64,000 nt of DNA from a candidate division FCPU426 bacterium (GCA_040756875.1 JBFLYH010000001.1:1180878-1244877), one strand, 5' to 3'; numbered from the stretch's first letter, positions 19,163-29,414 are shown. Notes: a model not told the origin generated them from the sequence alone. Numbers and translations: made by a program.

Positions 19163-20615
19163 GCCCGCCCCGCTTCCGCGACCGCAGCCGTTGATAGGCG
19201 GCCAGGGCCCTGGCCCGGCCCGCGGCGTGGGGGATCAGGGGCAGCGGATACTCCCGCCCCAGGCGCACCTTTGCGTCGCTGAGCACCCGGGCCGGCGCTT
19301 CCCAGGGCCGGTGGAGCCAGCGGTCAGGCAGGCGTTTGAGTTCAGGCACCCAGCGCCTCACGTACGCGCCTAGGGGGTCGAACCGTTCGCCCTGGCGGCT
19401 GGGGTTGAAGACGCGGAAATACGGCGCCGCGTCCGCCCCGCAGCCTGCGACCCACTGCCAGCCCAGGGTGTTGTTGGCCAGGTCCGCGTCCACGAGTTCC
19501 TCCCAAAACCAGCGCGCCCCGGCCTGCCAGGGAATGAGCAGGTGCTTGGTCAGAAAGGAGGCGGCCACCATGCGCGCGCGGTTGTGCATCCACCCCGTGG
19601 CCCGGAGTTCGCGCTGGCCGGCGTCCACAAACGGGTAGCCGGTCAGGCCCTGCTGCCAGGCGCGCAGGTGCCCGGGCTGGGAAACCCAGGGGAAGGAGAC
19701 GAACGACTCCCGCAAGGGCTGTTCCGGCGTCTGCGGAAAATGCCACAGCAGGTAATGCGCGAACTCGCGCCAGCCGAGCTGCCGCAGGAAAGCCGCGGCG
19801 CCCCGGCTCTTTGGCCGCGAATGCACGGCCTCCCACGCGCGGCGCACGCTGAGTTCGCCCCAGGCCAGGTGCGGCGAGAGGCGCGAAGTGCCGTCCACGC
19901 CGGGCCAATCGCGAGCTTGGCCGTATCCCTCCAATCCCGCGCGCAGGAACCGGCGCAAAGCCCGGAGCGCGGCCGCCTCGCCCGGCTCCCAGGCTTGGCG
20001 CAGACCGCCGGCCCAATCGGGGCGCGGCAGCAGTTCAAATTTCTCCAAGCGATCGGAGGCAGGCCATCGTGAGGGCGAGCGCCACTTGCCCGGCGCGGGC
20101 AGGGGGCTGGATGGAAAAGGTTGGGCCAGGCATTGCTTCCAATAGGCGGAAAAGACCCGGACCGGATTCCCGAAGGCCGTGCGGATTGTTTCCGCCGGAA
20201 AGAGGACATGGGGCGGAAAGATTTCCACGCGCCAGCCGCGGGCCCGGAGCGCGGCCGCTGTCTCGGCTTCCGCCTGGGCAGCGAGCGGATCAGGACTGCG
20301 GGTCCAATGCACGCGGCGGGCGCCGGTTTTCCGGCCCAAGGCCAGGAGCGCGGGCAAGGGCTCGCCCTGGCGCAGCACCAGGCGCGAACCCCGCTGGCGG
20401 AGGCCGGCTTGCAGGCTGAGCAGCGAATGATGCAGCCACCATTGCCCGGCCGCGCCCGCCGTCCAGCCGGCCCGTTCAGCCAGGGGCCAGATAAACACCG
20501 GGATCACGGGCGCGCCGGTCTCTGCCGCGGCCCGCAAAGCCGGCTGGTCGTCCAGCCGCAAATCGCGCCGGAACCAGACCAGGGTCGTGCCGGAACTCGG
20601 AGTTTTATCAGGCAT
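19155..20615 (-). CDS. phrB: Deoxyribodipyrimidine photolyase (class I)
   Basis: WFRRDLRLDD, TSRLSPHL, WREF, TGYPFVDA, GWMHNRARM, LVDADLANN. Confidence 0.93.
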   Translation of the reverse strand: MPDKTPSSGTTLVWFRRDLRLDDQPALRAAAETGAPVIPVFIWPLAERAGWTAGAAGQWWLHHSLLSLQAGLRQRGSRLVLRQGEPLPALLALGRKTGARRVHWTRSPDPLAAQAEAETAAALRARGWRVEIFPPHVLFPAETIRTAFGNPVRVFSAYWKQCLAQPFPSSPLPAPGKWRSPSRWPASDRLEKFELLPRPDWAGGLRQAWEPGEAAALRALRRFLRAGLEGYGQARDWPGVDGTSRLSPHLAWGELSVRRAWEAVHSRPKSRGAAAFLRQLGWREFAHYLLWHFPQTPEQPLRESFVSFPWVSQPGHLRAWQQGLTGYPFVDAGQRELRATGWMHNRARMVAASFLTKHLLIPWQAGARWFWEELVDADLANNTLGWQWVAGCGADAAPYFRVFNPSRQGERFDPLGAYVRRWVPELKRLPDRWLHRPWEAPARVLSDAKVRLGREYPLPLIPHAAGRARALAAYQRLRSRKRGGHA

Positions 20616-21591
20616 GGTTGCGCAGCATCAATTCCTTGGGATGGGGGTTCAGATAATACTGGCCGCGCAGGTATTCGACCCGCGCCTTGCCCACATAGTG
20701 TTTAAGGAGTGTCAGGGGCGCCACCAGGGGCACCAACCCATGCCGGTAATCCTCGATCACGCTCAGCACGTCCTGTTTCTCCGCCGGGCCCAGGTCGCGC
20801 TTCAGGTAGCCCAGAATGTGCTGGAGCACATTGGCATGCTTGGCCGGCGTGGCACGGACGGCCAGGGCTTCCATGAAAAGCCGGGCATACTCATCCAGGA
20901 ACGCCCTGGGGTCGAGCGTCTTTACCTTGGCCACCAGCCGGCCCAGGGTTTGATAGTGCTTGGGGCTGTGGGACATGAGCAGCAGCTTTTGGCGCGAGTG
21001 GAACTCCACCAGGGCGCCCCGTTTAAAACGCGCGGCCAGGAGCTGCAGACGGCGGAAACTGAAGACCCGTTCGATGAAATTTTCCCGCAAGCCCAGATCA
21101 TGCAGCCGGCCCTCTTCTTCCACAGGCACCAGGGGAAAACGATTCATGAACGCGGCGGCAAAAAGGCCGGAACCGCTGCCTGCCGCCTGCCCCTTTTCAT
21201 TATATACTTTTACCCGGAAAGCGCCGGAACTGGGCGAATCACTTTTAAAGATAAACCCGCACAGGCTCTCGCCCGCCAGGCGGTCCAGGCGCTTTTCCAC
21301 CCACGCCTGCATGGCCTGGGTCCAATCCTTGCCGCTCTGACGGCCCAGCAAGCGGGGATGTCGCGGATCGCCGGCCAGGCGCACAGGCTCGCGCGGCACG
21401 CCCATGCCCACCTCCACCTCCGGGCACACGGGCACCCAGTCGAAATACCCGCCCAGGACGTCCGTAAGATAGCGGTCGCGCTTGTGCCCGCCGTCATAGC
21501 GCACCGGATCGCCGAGCAGGCAGCGGCTCACGCCGACTTTGATTTTTCCCGCGGCGTCTTCCTGCGGGCCGCGGGGTCGGGATGATTTCAC
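20608..21591 (-). CDS. ybgA: YbgA-like DUF523/DUF1722 protein
   Basis: SRCLLGDPVRYDGGH, VCPEVEVGMGVPRE, SPS, HILGY, YLNPHP; upstream of the photolyase, as in the known ybgA-phr pair. Confidence 0.85.
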   Translation of the reverse strand: MKSSRPRGPQEDAAGKIKVGVSRCLLGDPVRYDGGHKRDRYLTDVLGGYFDWVPVCPEVEVGMGVPREPVRLAGDPRHPRLLGRQSGKDWTQAMQAWVEKRLDRLAGESLCGFIFKSDSPSSGAFRVKVYNEKGQAAGSGSGLFAAAFMNRFPLVPVEEEGRLHDLGLRENFIERVFSFRRLQLLAARFKRGALVEFHSRQKLLLMSHSPKHYQTLGRLVAKVKTLDPRAFLDEYARLFMEALAVRATPAKHANVLQHILGYLKRDLGPAEKQDVLSVIEDYRHGLVPLVAPLTLLKHYVGKARVEYLRGQYYLNPHPKELMLRNHA

Positions 21592-21796
21592 GTTATGGCT
21601 CCCCAGCAGGGCAATGGCCCATCCTCCCTTATCCCCGCTTCCCTGTCAAGGCGGGAAGGGGTTGCGAGAGGAGGGTTTCGGGCCCCGGCCAATGAGCCGG
21701 GAGGCCTCTGAACTTCCGAAAGCTGCGCGCACTTACGGTTTCATTGAAAATGTGTTAATATGGTTTTCATTGCAGTCATTCCGGAGGAGCCGCCAC

Positions 21797-22828
21797 ATGC
21801 CCGACCCCATCACCGTCCACGTCGTTTCCGAAACCCCCTTCATCATGAAAGGCCAGGGCGTGCACACCGCCTTCGTGGACTGCGTGGACCTGCTGAAAAG
21901 CGGTTCAGACGTGCGCGTGGTCGTCAACAACGAGGGTTGGGGCGACCTGATGCACGCCCACACCTACGGCCCTTACTACTTCTGGAAAGGCCGCAAGTAC
22001 CGCGGCCGCCGGGTCTACACCGTGCACGTGATCCCCGATTCCATCAAGGGCTCGCTGCCCGCCTGGAAATTCTGGATGCCCTTTGTCCGCTGGTACTTCC
22101 GCCGCGTCTATTCGTACGCGGACGTCTGCATCGCCATCTCGCCCATGGTCGAGGAGGCCATCCGCGAGCTCAAGGCCAAAACCCGCATCGTGCGCATCGG
22201 GAACCCCATCCACCTTGAAAAATTCGCGCCCACGCCCGAACGCCGGGCCCGGGGCCGCAAGCTGCTCGGCCTGAATCCCGATGAATTCGTGGTCCTGGGC
22301 GTCGGCCAGCTCGAAGGCCGCAAGGGCGTCGAAGATTTCCTCGACATCGCGGAAAAAATGCCCGACGCCACTTTTGTCTGGGCCGGCGGCCGGCCGTTCG
22401 GCCTCATGACCGAAGGCATCGCCAAGCTGAACCGCCGCATCGCGGCCGCCGGGCCGCACGTCAAGTTCCCCGGCTTGTTCGAACTGTCCGACATGCCCCT
22501 GATCTACAACGCCGCGGACATGCTGCTCTTCCCCAGTTACCAGGAAAACTGCCCGCTGGTGCCGGTCGAGGCCGCGGCCGCCGGGTTGCCGGTCATCTAC
22601 CGCGACATCCCCGAATACGTCAAGCTCTACGAAAATCCCTACCTCAAGGCCCGCGACACCGGCGAATTTGTCACCCTGGCCCAGCGCCTGCAGCAGGACC
22701 CCGCGTTCCGGGCCATGGCCCGGGAAATTTCCCGCCAACTGATCACCCAATTCGAGAAGCAGGGCATCCGCGAACGCCTGCTGGCGCTGTACCGCGAGGT
22801 GCTGGCCGCTTCCCAGCCCCCGCGCTGA
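21797..22828 (+). CDS. GT4 glycosyltransferase (resembles glycolipid synthases of the CpoA type)
   Basis: GQGVHTAF, GVGQLEGRKG, FPSYQENCPLVPVEAAA; GGAGGAG RBS before MPDP. Confidence 0.85.
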   Translation: MPDPITVHVVSETPFIMKGQGVHTAFVDCVDLLKSGSDVRVVVNNEGWGDLMHAHTYGPYYFWKGRKYRGRRVYTVHVIPDSIKGSLPAWKFWMPFVRWYFRRVYSYADVCIAISPMVEEAIRELKAKTRIVRIGNPIHLEKFAPTPERRARGRKLLGLNPDEFVVLGVGQLEGRKGVEDFLDIAEKMPDATFVWAGGRPFGLMTEGIAKLNRRIAAAGPHVKFPGLFELSDMPLIYNAADMLLFPSYQENCPLVPVEAAAAGLPVIYRDIPEYVKLYENPYLKARDTGEFVTLAQRLQQDPAFRAMAREISRQLITQFEKQGIRERLLALYREVLAASQPPR

Positions 22829-22836
22829 GCCGCGCC

Positions 22837-23937
22837 GTGGAACGCGTGGACCTCGCGGTCATCGGCGCCGGCGCCGTGGGGCTGGCCGTGGCCGCCCGGC
22901 TCGCGGGCCCGGAGCGTTCGGTCGTGGTGTGCGAGCGCCACGACCGCTTCGGCCAGGAAACTTCCAGCCGCAACAGCGAAGTCATCCACGCCGGCATCTA
23001 TTACCCTCCCGGCTCCCTCAAGGCCCGGCTGTGCGCCGCCGGCAACCCCCTGGTCTACGCCTTCTGCCGGGAACACGGCGTGCGGCACCAGCGTTTGGGC
23101 AAACTCATCATCGCCACTGAGCCTTCGGAAATCCCGGCGCTGAAAAAACTCCTGCAAAACGGCGAGGCCAACGGCGTGGCCGGCCTGGCCTGGCTGGAGG
23201 CCGGCGAAGCGCGCGCCCTGGAACCCGCGGTCCGCTGCCTGGCCGCCCTGCATTCACCGGACACCGGCATTTTCGACACGCACGGGTTCATGGCCGCCCT
23301 GTGCCGTCAGGCCGAAGCGCGCGGCGCAATGCTGCTCTACAACTCCGAAGTCATTGCCGTCCATCCCGAAGCCGGCGGCTATCTGATCGAACTGAACCGT
23401 GGCCAGGAGCGTTTTCACGCCGCGCGCGTCGTCAATGCCGCGGGCCTGGAGTGCGCGCGCGTGGCCGGCCTGGCCGGGCTGGATGGCGCGGCGGCCGGCT
23501 ATGTCCTCCATTATTGCAAAGGCGAGTATTTCCGCACCACCCAGCGCCTGCCGGTCAGCCGCCTGGTCTATCCGGTGCCGCAGGAACGCGTCCACAGCCT
23601 GGGCATCCATCTGACCCGCGACCTGGCCGGTTCCTTCCGCTTCGGCCCGGACGCGGCTTATGTGGACGGAGTGGACTACGGCGTGAACGAGAACAAACGG
23701 GGGATTTTCGCGGACGCGGTGCGGCGCTACCTGCCGGAACTGGATCCGGCCCTGCTGTATCCGGACCTGGCGGGCATCCGGCCCAAGCTGCAGGGGCCGG
23801 AGGACGGATTCAGGGATTTCGTCATTCGCGAGGAAAGCGGCCAAGGGCTGCCGGGATGGGTGAACCTGATCGGCATCGAGTCGCCGGGCCTGACCTCGGC
23901 CCTGGCCATTGCGGACCAGGTGGCGGGAATGGTGTAG
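22837..23937 (+). CDS. LhgO-like FAD-dependent oxidoreductase
   Basis: IGAGAVG, ETSSRNSEVIHAGIYY, KGEYF, GIRPKL, GIESPGLTS. Confidence 0.88.
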   Translation: MERVDLAVIGAGAVGLAVAARLAGPERSVVVCERHDRFGQETSSRNSEVIHAGIYYPPGSLKARLCAAGNPLVYAFCREHGVRHQRLGKLIIATEPSEIPALKKLLQNGEANGVAGLAWLEAGEARALEPAVRCLAALHSPDTGIFDTHGFMAALCRQAEARGAMLLYNSEVIAVHPEAGGYLIELNRGQERFHAARVVNAAGLECARVAGLAGLDGAAAGYVLHYCKGEYFRTTQRLPVSRLVYPVPQERVHSLGIHLTRDLAGSFRFGPDAAYVDGVDYGVNENKRGIFADAVRRYLPELDPALLYPDLAGIRPKLQGPEDGFRDFVIREESGQGLPGWVNLIGIESPGLTSALAIADQVAGMV

Positions 23938-23953
23938 TGAATAAATGAATCAT

Positions 23954-24054
23954 TCCTCTCCCCTGGCGGGAGAGGATGAAGGAGAGGGGGAGGTTTGTTG
24001 TTTGCATCGGAACCCCCTCCCCTGGCCCCTCCCACCAAGAATCCCGGGGAGGGG
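23954..24054. repeat. Pair of purine/pyrimidine-block REP-like hairpins
   Basis: TCCTCTCCC-N5-GGGAGAGGA and CCCCTCCC...GGGAGGGG in a convergent intergenic region. Confidence 0.55.
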
Positions 24055-24065
24055 AATTTTATGTC

Positions 24066-24145
24066 GTCATTGCGAGCGGAGCGAAGCAATCCCGGTTTTC
24101 CGTTTGACGACGAGATTGCTTCGTCCCGTCGGTCCTCGCAATGAC
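24066..24145. repeat. Nested palindromic element (RPE/REP-like)
   Basis: Outer GTCATTGCGAG/CTCGCAATGAC and inner CGAAGCAATC/GATTGCTTCG inverted repeats. Confidence 0.8.
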
Positions 24146-24162
24146 CGAACCCGCCTTTAACC

Positions 24163-26142
24163 CTATTCGTACCTCAGCGCCTCGATCGGCTTGAGCTGCG
24201 CGGCCTGACGCGCGGGCCACAGCCCGAACGCCAGCCCCACGCCCACGGAAAAAGTCAGCGCCAGGAGCACGGACCACCACGAGACCGTGGTGTTCCACTT
24301 GGCCACCGTGGACATGCCCCAGGAAATCCCCGCCCCCAGCAGAATCCCGGCCAGTCCGCCGGACACGGTCATCAGCACGGCTTCGATGAGGAATTGGATC
24401 AGAATGTCCTGGCGCCGCGCGCCCAGGGCCTTGCGCAGTCCGATTTCCCGCGTGCGCTCCGTGACCGACACCAGCATGATGTTCATGATGCCGATGCCGC
24501 CCACCAGCAGCGAGATGGCCGCGATCGAGCCCAGCAGCAGGGTCATGGTCTGGGTGGCTTGTTTGAGCGTGTCCTGGAGGTCGGCCATGTTGCGGATCTC
24601 GAAGCCCTCATCCTCGCGGTTGGGGCTGGGATGGCGCTGCTTGATCAGGGCCGAGACCGCGTCCTCCGCGGCGTCCATCAGCTTGGCGTCTCGCACTTCC
24701 ACGTCGATGCTGTCCACGTACTCCTTGCCCAGCAGCCGGTACATGGCCGTGGACAGGGGAATGACCATCACGTCGTCCTGGTCGCGCCAGCCCGTGGCGC
24801 CTTTGGTGGGCAGCACGCCGATGATCTGGAACGGGATGCGGTTCACGCGCACGGTGGCGCCCACGGGGTTGGAATTGGGAAAGAGCTGCTGGACCACGGT
24901 GGTGCCGATCACCGCCACTTTCTGCCGGCCGCGTTCCTCCTCGTCCGTGAAAAAGCGGCCCAGGGTCGGCACCGAGGCTCGCATCTCCGCGTACGGCACT
25001 TCCGCGCCGATGACCTGGGTGTTCCAGTTGTTTGCGCCGGCCACGACCTGCGCCCGGCCCTGCACAGAGGCCGCCACCCGCTTGATCATGGGCAGGCGCC
25101 GCAGGGCTTCGGAATCCTGCGGCGTCAGGCGCGTGACCGCGCCGGCTTCCATGGACACGGGCCCGAAGCGGTGGGAACCGGGGTGCACGTTCAGCAGGTT
25201 CGAACCCAGGGAGGCCAGTTGTTTGGTGATGCTGTCCCGCGCGCCCTGGCCCAGGGCCAGCATGGCGATGACCGCGGCCACGCCGATGAGAATGCCCAGC
25301 ATGGACAGGGTGGAGCGGAGTTTGTGGGAAACAATCGCATACAGCGCCTGGCGCAGGTGGTCCGTGAACACGGCCCGGCCGCCGCGGGCCTGCTCCGCGG
25401 ACCAGGCGGCGCCGGATCCCGGCGCCTCGGCGCGGTGTTTCTGCTTTGCAGCCGTCTTGCGCCGTTCGTCGGCGATCAGCTTGCCGTCGCGCATGCGCAG
25501 GATGCGCCTGGCCCTGGCCGCCACCTCGGGCTCGTGCGTGACCATGACCACGGTGATGCCCTGGCGGTTCAGTTCCTCCAGGACTCTCAAAATTTCCGCT
25601 TCGCTTTTCGTGTCGAGGTTTCCGGTGGGCTCATCGGCCAGGATGACCAGAGGATCATTGACCAGGGAACGGGCGATGGCCACGCGCTGCTGCTCGCCGC
25701 CGGACATTTGCCGCGGCCGGTGGTCCGAGCGCGCGGCCAGGCCCACCTCCCGCAGGCGGTTCGAGGCCGCGTCCTGATGATTGCGGCGCCCCGCGTACAA
25801 CAGCGGCAATTCCACGTTGGCCTGGGCGGTCAGATTGGGCAGCAGGTGGAATTGCTGGAATACGAAGCCCAGCAGGCGGTTGCGCAAACCGGCCAACTGG
25901 TCGTCCGTGCGCGTGGTGGTGTCGATTCCGGCCACCACGTATTGGCCCTGGTCCGGACGGTCGAGCAGCCCCAGGACGTGCAGCAGCGTGGACTTCCCGG
26001 ACCCCGACGGGCCCATAATAGCCACGAACTCCCCGGCCTCGATGCTCACGGACACGTTGTCCATGGCCTTGACCGGCGTTCCGCCCAGGGTATACGTTTT
26101 ATACGCCCCCTTCAGTTCCAGCAAGGCCTCTTTGGGCTTCAT
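24163..26142 (-). CDS. macB: MacB-type ABC transporter ATP-binding/permease fusion
   Basis: GPSGSGKST, SGGEQQR, ADEPTG, LVGGIGIMNIMLVSVTERTREIG. Confidence 0.93.
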   Translation of the reverse strand: MKPKEALLELKGAYKTYTLGGTPVKAMDNVSVSIEAGEFVAIMGPSGSGKSTLLHVLGLLDRPDQGQYVVAGIDTTTRTDDQLAGLRNRLLGFVFQQFHLLPNLTAQANVELPLLYAGRRNHQDAASNRLREVGLAARSDHRPRQMSGGEQQRVAIARSLVNDPLVILADEPTGNLDTKSEAEILRVLEELNRQGITVVMVTHEPEVAARARRILRMRDGKLIADERRKTAAKQKHRAEAPGSGAAWSAEQARGGRAVFTDHLRQALYAIVSHKLRSTLSMLGILIGVAAVIAMLALGQGARDSITKQLASLGSNLLNVHPGSHRFGPVSMEAGAVTRLTPQDSEALRRLPMIKRVAASVQGRAQVVAGANNWNTQVIGAEVPYAEMRASVPTLGRFFTDEEERGRQKVAVIGTTVVQQLFPNSNPVGATVRVNRIPFQIIGVLPTKGATGWRDQDDVMVIPLSTAMYRLLGKEYVDSIDVEVRDAKLMDAAEDAVSALIKQRHPSPNREDEGFEIRNMADLQDTLKQATQTMTLLLGSIAAISLLVGGIGIMNIMLVSVTERTREIGLRKALGARRQDILIQFLIEAVLMTVSGGLAGILLGAGISWGMSTVAKWNTTVSWWSVLLALTFSVGVGLAFGLWPARQAAQLKPIEALRYE

Positions 26143-26155
26143 GTCCGCTCCTGGA

Positions 26156-27133
26156 TCAACGCGACCGGCCCCTGCCGCCGCCCGGGCGCCGCGGCATGAA
26201 CGGGTTGGTCTTTTGCTCTTCCGAATTTCCCCTGAGCAGGCTGAGATCCGGCGTCTCGATGGCCAGCGTATCTTCGGGGCCGATCCCGGACACCACCTCG
26301 GTTTGATTGTCGCTTTTCAAGCCGATCCCGACCTGGCGGGGCAAGGAAGGCTTTCCCGCTCCCTGGCTGACAGCCACCCAGAACTTCCCTTTCACTTCCT
26401 GCACGGCCTCGCGCGGCACCAGCAGCGCATGCTCCTTGGCGGCCACGATGATGTCCGCCGTGGCGCTCATGCCGGAACGGAAAACCGGCGGCACCTGGTT
26501 GGGCAGGATGTCGACTTCATAAATGGTGACGTTGTTGATGACCTGGGATTCGTAGGCGATGTGGTCCACGCGCGAAGGGACCCGGATGTCCGGATAGGCG
26601 TCGAGTGACACCGTGGCGTCCTGGCCGACCTGGACTTTGCCGATGTCGGTTTCATCCACCTGGGCCTTGACGATCAGGCGGTCCGAAAGCACCAGGATCG
26701 CGTCGCTCACGCTCACGGTCTGCCCCGGTTCCACGCCCCGGACGATCACCGTGCCGTTGATGGGCGAAACCACGGGCGCGGGCTTGTAGGCGTCGCTCCA
26801 CTCCGCGAGCCCCTTCTCGCCCTGGCTGCGGGCCGCGTCCAGCAGGGCGGCGCGCTCGGTCGAACTCATCCAGGCCAGGGTTTGCCCCCGCCGCACCTGG
26901 TCCCCTTCCTGGACCAGGATTTGGTCCACTCGGCCGGCAATGGGCGGTTTCAGTTCCAACCGGTTCTGCGGCTCCACGGTGCCGGTGGTGGACACAGTCA
27001 CCTGGATGGAACCGTATTCAGGCTGGACGGTTTGCACCTCGTTGCCTTGGCCTTTGGGCGAACAGCCGGCCAGGGCCAGGGCGACCACCGCGAATCCGAG
27101 CCCGAACCAGCGATGTTCAAGGTTCCGTGACAT
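26156..27133 (-). CDS. macA: MacA-type periplasmic adaptor (membrane fusion protein), probable lipoprotein
   Basis: Lipobox LAGC, lipoyl halves (IAGRVDQILVQEGDQV; SPINGTV), VDETDI; lies between tolC and macB. Confidence 0.88.
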   Translation of the reverse strand: MSRNLEHRWFGLGFAVVALALAGCSPKGQGNEVQTVQPEYGSIQVTVSTTGTVEPQNRLELKPPIAGRVDQILVQEGDQVRRGQTLAWMSSTERAALLDAARSQGEKGLAEWSDAYKPAPVVSPINGTVIVRGVEPGQTVSVSDAILVLSDRLIVKAQVDETDIGKVQVGQDATVSLDAYPDIRVPSRVDHIAYESQVINNVTIYEVDILPNQVPPVFRSGMSATADIIVAAKEHALLVPREAVQEVKGKFWVAVSQGAGKPSLPRQVGIGLKSDNQTEVVSGIGPEDTLAIETPDLSLLRGNSEEQKTNPFMPRRPGGGRGRSR

Positions 27134-28385
27134 TCAATCCTCCTCCTTGGGCCTGCACCCAGGCGGCCTTGGCGTTTTGGCTCTTGGCGTGCGCGTTTAA
27201 AGCCGCGAGCTTGGCCGAGACCAAGTCATCCTCGATGATCGTCCAGTTGTCGAACCCGATCAGGCCCGTGGTGTATTCAGCCTGGGAGATGCGGGCCCGT
27301 TCCTCGGCCGCAGCTAAAAACTGCCCCTGCACGGCCACGTTATCCAGGGCCTGGCCGTAATTGCTCCAAGCGCTGACCAGGTCGTAACGCAGGCTGTTTT
27401 TACCACTGACCAGGGCCGCCTGGGCCTGCCGCCAGGCCGCCTGGGCTTTGTCCACCTGCGACCAGCGGCGAAAACCGGTAAAGAGCGGCCAGTTGAGCGA
27501 CAAGCCGGCCGAAAGGCTCGGCTCGTCGGGCCACCAGTCCGGCCCGCTGCGGCCGATGCTGCCCGAGGCGGACAGAGTGGGATACCAGTCGCCCGCGGCT
27601 TCAGCCGCGGCCAGGCGCGCGCTTTCGGCCTGGCTGGCCAGGGACAGGCTGCCCGGATGCTTCTCCAGCAGGCTTGCGAAATCAGGTTCAGGCACAACCG
27701 CCGGCAGGTCGAGGGTGCCCGCGGCCTGCAAAGGCGCGAACGCTTCCCGTCCCAGTTGCTGCGACAACCCGTACTGGGCGAGCAGCAGATCGCGTTCGGC
27801 CTGGGCGTGGTTGGCCTGGGCCTGAGCGAACTGGGCTTGGGCCAGCAGCAGCGAACCGCGGTGCTCCCGGCCGGCTTCATACCGCATCTTCACCAAGTCT
27901 AAATTCTTGCAGCGCCGCGCCTCGATGTCTTGCGTTAAACCGGTCATCAGTTGGGCGAGCAGCAGTTCGACGTATGCCTGGCGCAGGCGCAGGCGCACGC
28001 CGGCCTCGGTGGTCGCATAGTCAAAGCGGGCCGCGGCCAGCGAGGCGGCGGCCCCCTGATAACCATGCAATGATTGCATCCCGTCGAACAACAACTGTTG
28101 CACCGACAGATTAGCGTTCCAATTTTTAGAAAGGCTGAGATCCTCGGCCCAGGAGCCGGACAGGGACAACCCTCCCGACACCTGGGGCAGCATGGGACTC
28201 AAGGCGATTTGCAGGTTGGCTTCGGCCTGGCGCACGCGTTCAGCTTTGGCGGCCAAATCCGGATTGTGGGTTCCGGCTTCGTGGACGCAGTCTTCCCATG
28301 TCAGGGTTGATTCAGCCGCCAGGACCGGACTTGCGCACAGGACGGCGATAACCAGGCAACCTATTCCCGCGAGGAATTTCCTCAT
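27117..28385 (-). CDS. TolC family outer membrane efflux protein
   Basis: Signal peptide, two OEP repeats (QLLFDG; WPLFTG), RYEAG. Confidence 0.9.
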   Translation of the reverse strand: MRKFLAGIGCLVIAVLCASPVLAAESTLTWEDCVHEAGTHNPDLAAKAERVRQAEANLQIALSPMLPQVSGGLSLSGSWAEDLSLSKNWNANLSVQQLLFDGMQSLHGYQGAAASLAAARFDYATTEAGVRLRLRQAYVELLLAQLMTGLTQDIEARRCKNLDLVKMRYEAGREHRGSLLLAQAQFAQAQANHAQAERDLLLAQYGLSQQLGREAFAPLQAAGTLDLPAVVPEPDFASLLEKHPGSLSLASQAESARLAAAEAAGDWYPTLSASGSIGRSGPDWWPDEPSLSAGLSLNWPLFTGFRRWSQVDKAQAAWRQAQAALVSGKNSLRYDLVSAWSNYGQALDNVAVQGQFLAAAEERARISQAEYTTGLIGFDNWTIIEDDLVSAKLAALNAHAKSQNAKAAWVQAQGGGLNVTEP

Positions 28386-28453
28386 TTCCCATGCTCCTGA
28401 CCGTTAAAAAATGAGTATGCAAGTTTAATTCGTAACCTTCGCTTTATACAAGT

Positions 28454-28477
28454 AAAAAACGCCGGCACCGGCGTTTT
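28454..28477 (-). terminator. Rho-independent terminator after cheD-HDOD
   Basis: AAAACGCCGG-CA-CCGGCGTTTT with T6 on the minus strand. Confidence 0.65.
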
Positions 28478-28568
28478 CAACGCAAAACCCTCTTGCCTAC
28501 AATATGCCCAAGCGGATAAAAAGGTTCCGGTTTTCTTTTGGAATGAAGGGATTATTTACGGACGAGGG

Positions 28569-29414
28569 TCAGCGCGTTTCCCACTGCTTTTCGGTCTTTT
28601 CCAGCGAAACCACGACTTCCGCGCACAAGGCCTGGATGGCTTCCTCGGTCAACCCCAGGCGCTCCGCGGAATGGCCGCTGACTTCCATGCGGTATTGTTC
28701 CGTGCCCAGCCCCTGGCCGACCAGCTTGGCCACGGCGTTGCCGATATGCACGGCGTCCAGCACCACGTCGGGTTCGCGCTCAGGTTCATGGTGAAAGGCA
28801 ATGGCTTTGACCAGGGGTTCTGGAATTTTCCACTCCCGGGCAATGGCGGCTCCGACTTCCGCGTGGTCGGTGCCCGTGATTTCCCGCTCCGCCTGGATAT
28901 ACGTCAGGTTTTTGTCCTCCATGGCGTGCTGGATCGCGTCCTTGAGGTTGTCCGTGCCCAGATGCCGCCCCAGCACCAGTTTGCCGATGTCGTGGATGAG
29001 CGCGCCGGTGAAGGCCGCGGGCGGGATCGGGACCTTGGCAAAATGCGACAGGCTTTCCGCAGCCAAGGCCGCGGCCACGCTGTGCCGCCACAATTCGTTC
29101 TCGGTCAGGCTGTAGCCGCGGTTCCCCTGCTTCATGGGTTTCATCAGGTGGTAGCCGATGGCCAGTTTCAATATGTTTTCCGAACCCAGCCGGATCACCG
29201 CGTCCCGCACGTTCTCGATCGGGGTGCGGGACTGGCTCCAGGCGGAATTGGCCCAGCGCAGGACATTGGCGGTCAGCGCCTGATCGAATTTGATCACGCC
29301 GACGAACGCATCGGTCTCGGAATTCGGGTCCGAAACCAGCTCCGCCAGGCGCACCACCGACAGGGGCAGCGGCGCCAGGCTCTGAATTTCCGAAGGTTTA
29401 ATGGGACCCAGCAT
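28569..29414 (-). CDS. HDOD domain protein
   Basis: DQALTANVLRWANSA, LWRHS, LIHDIGKL, DHAEVG, W..P, AIAFHH. Start at MLGP. Confidence 0.9.
   Translation of the reverse strand: MLGPIKPSEIQSLAPLPLSVVRLAELVSDPNSETDAFVGVIKFDQALTANVLRWANSAWSQSRTPIENVRDAVIRLGSENILKLAIGYHLMKPMKQGNRGYSLTENELWRHSVAAALAAESLSHFAKVPIPPAAFTGALIHDIGKLVLGRHLGTDNLKDAIQHAMEDKNLTYIQAEREITGTDHAEVGAAIAREWKIPEPLVKAIAFHHEPEREPDVVLDAVHIGNAVAKLVGQGLGTEQYRMEVSGHSAERLGLTEEAIQALCAEVVVSLEKTEKQWETR

Noticed and set aside
23945-24160. 71-aa ORF across the palindromic repeats
   Set aside because: It is a translation of repeat DNA with no RBS or protein-like features.
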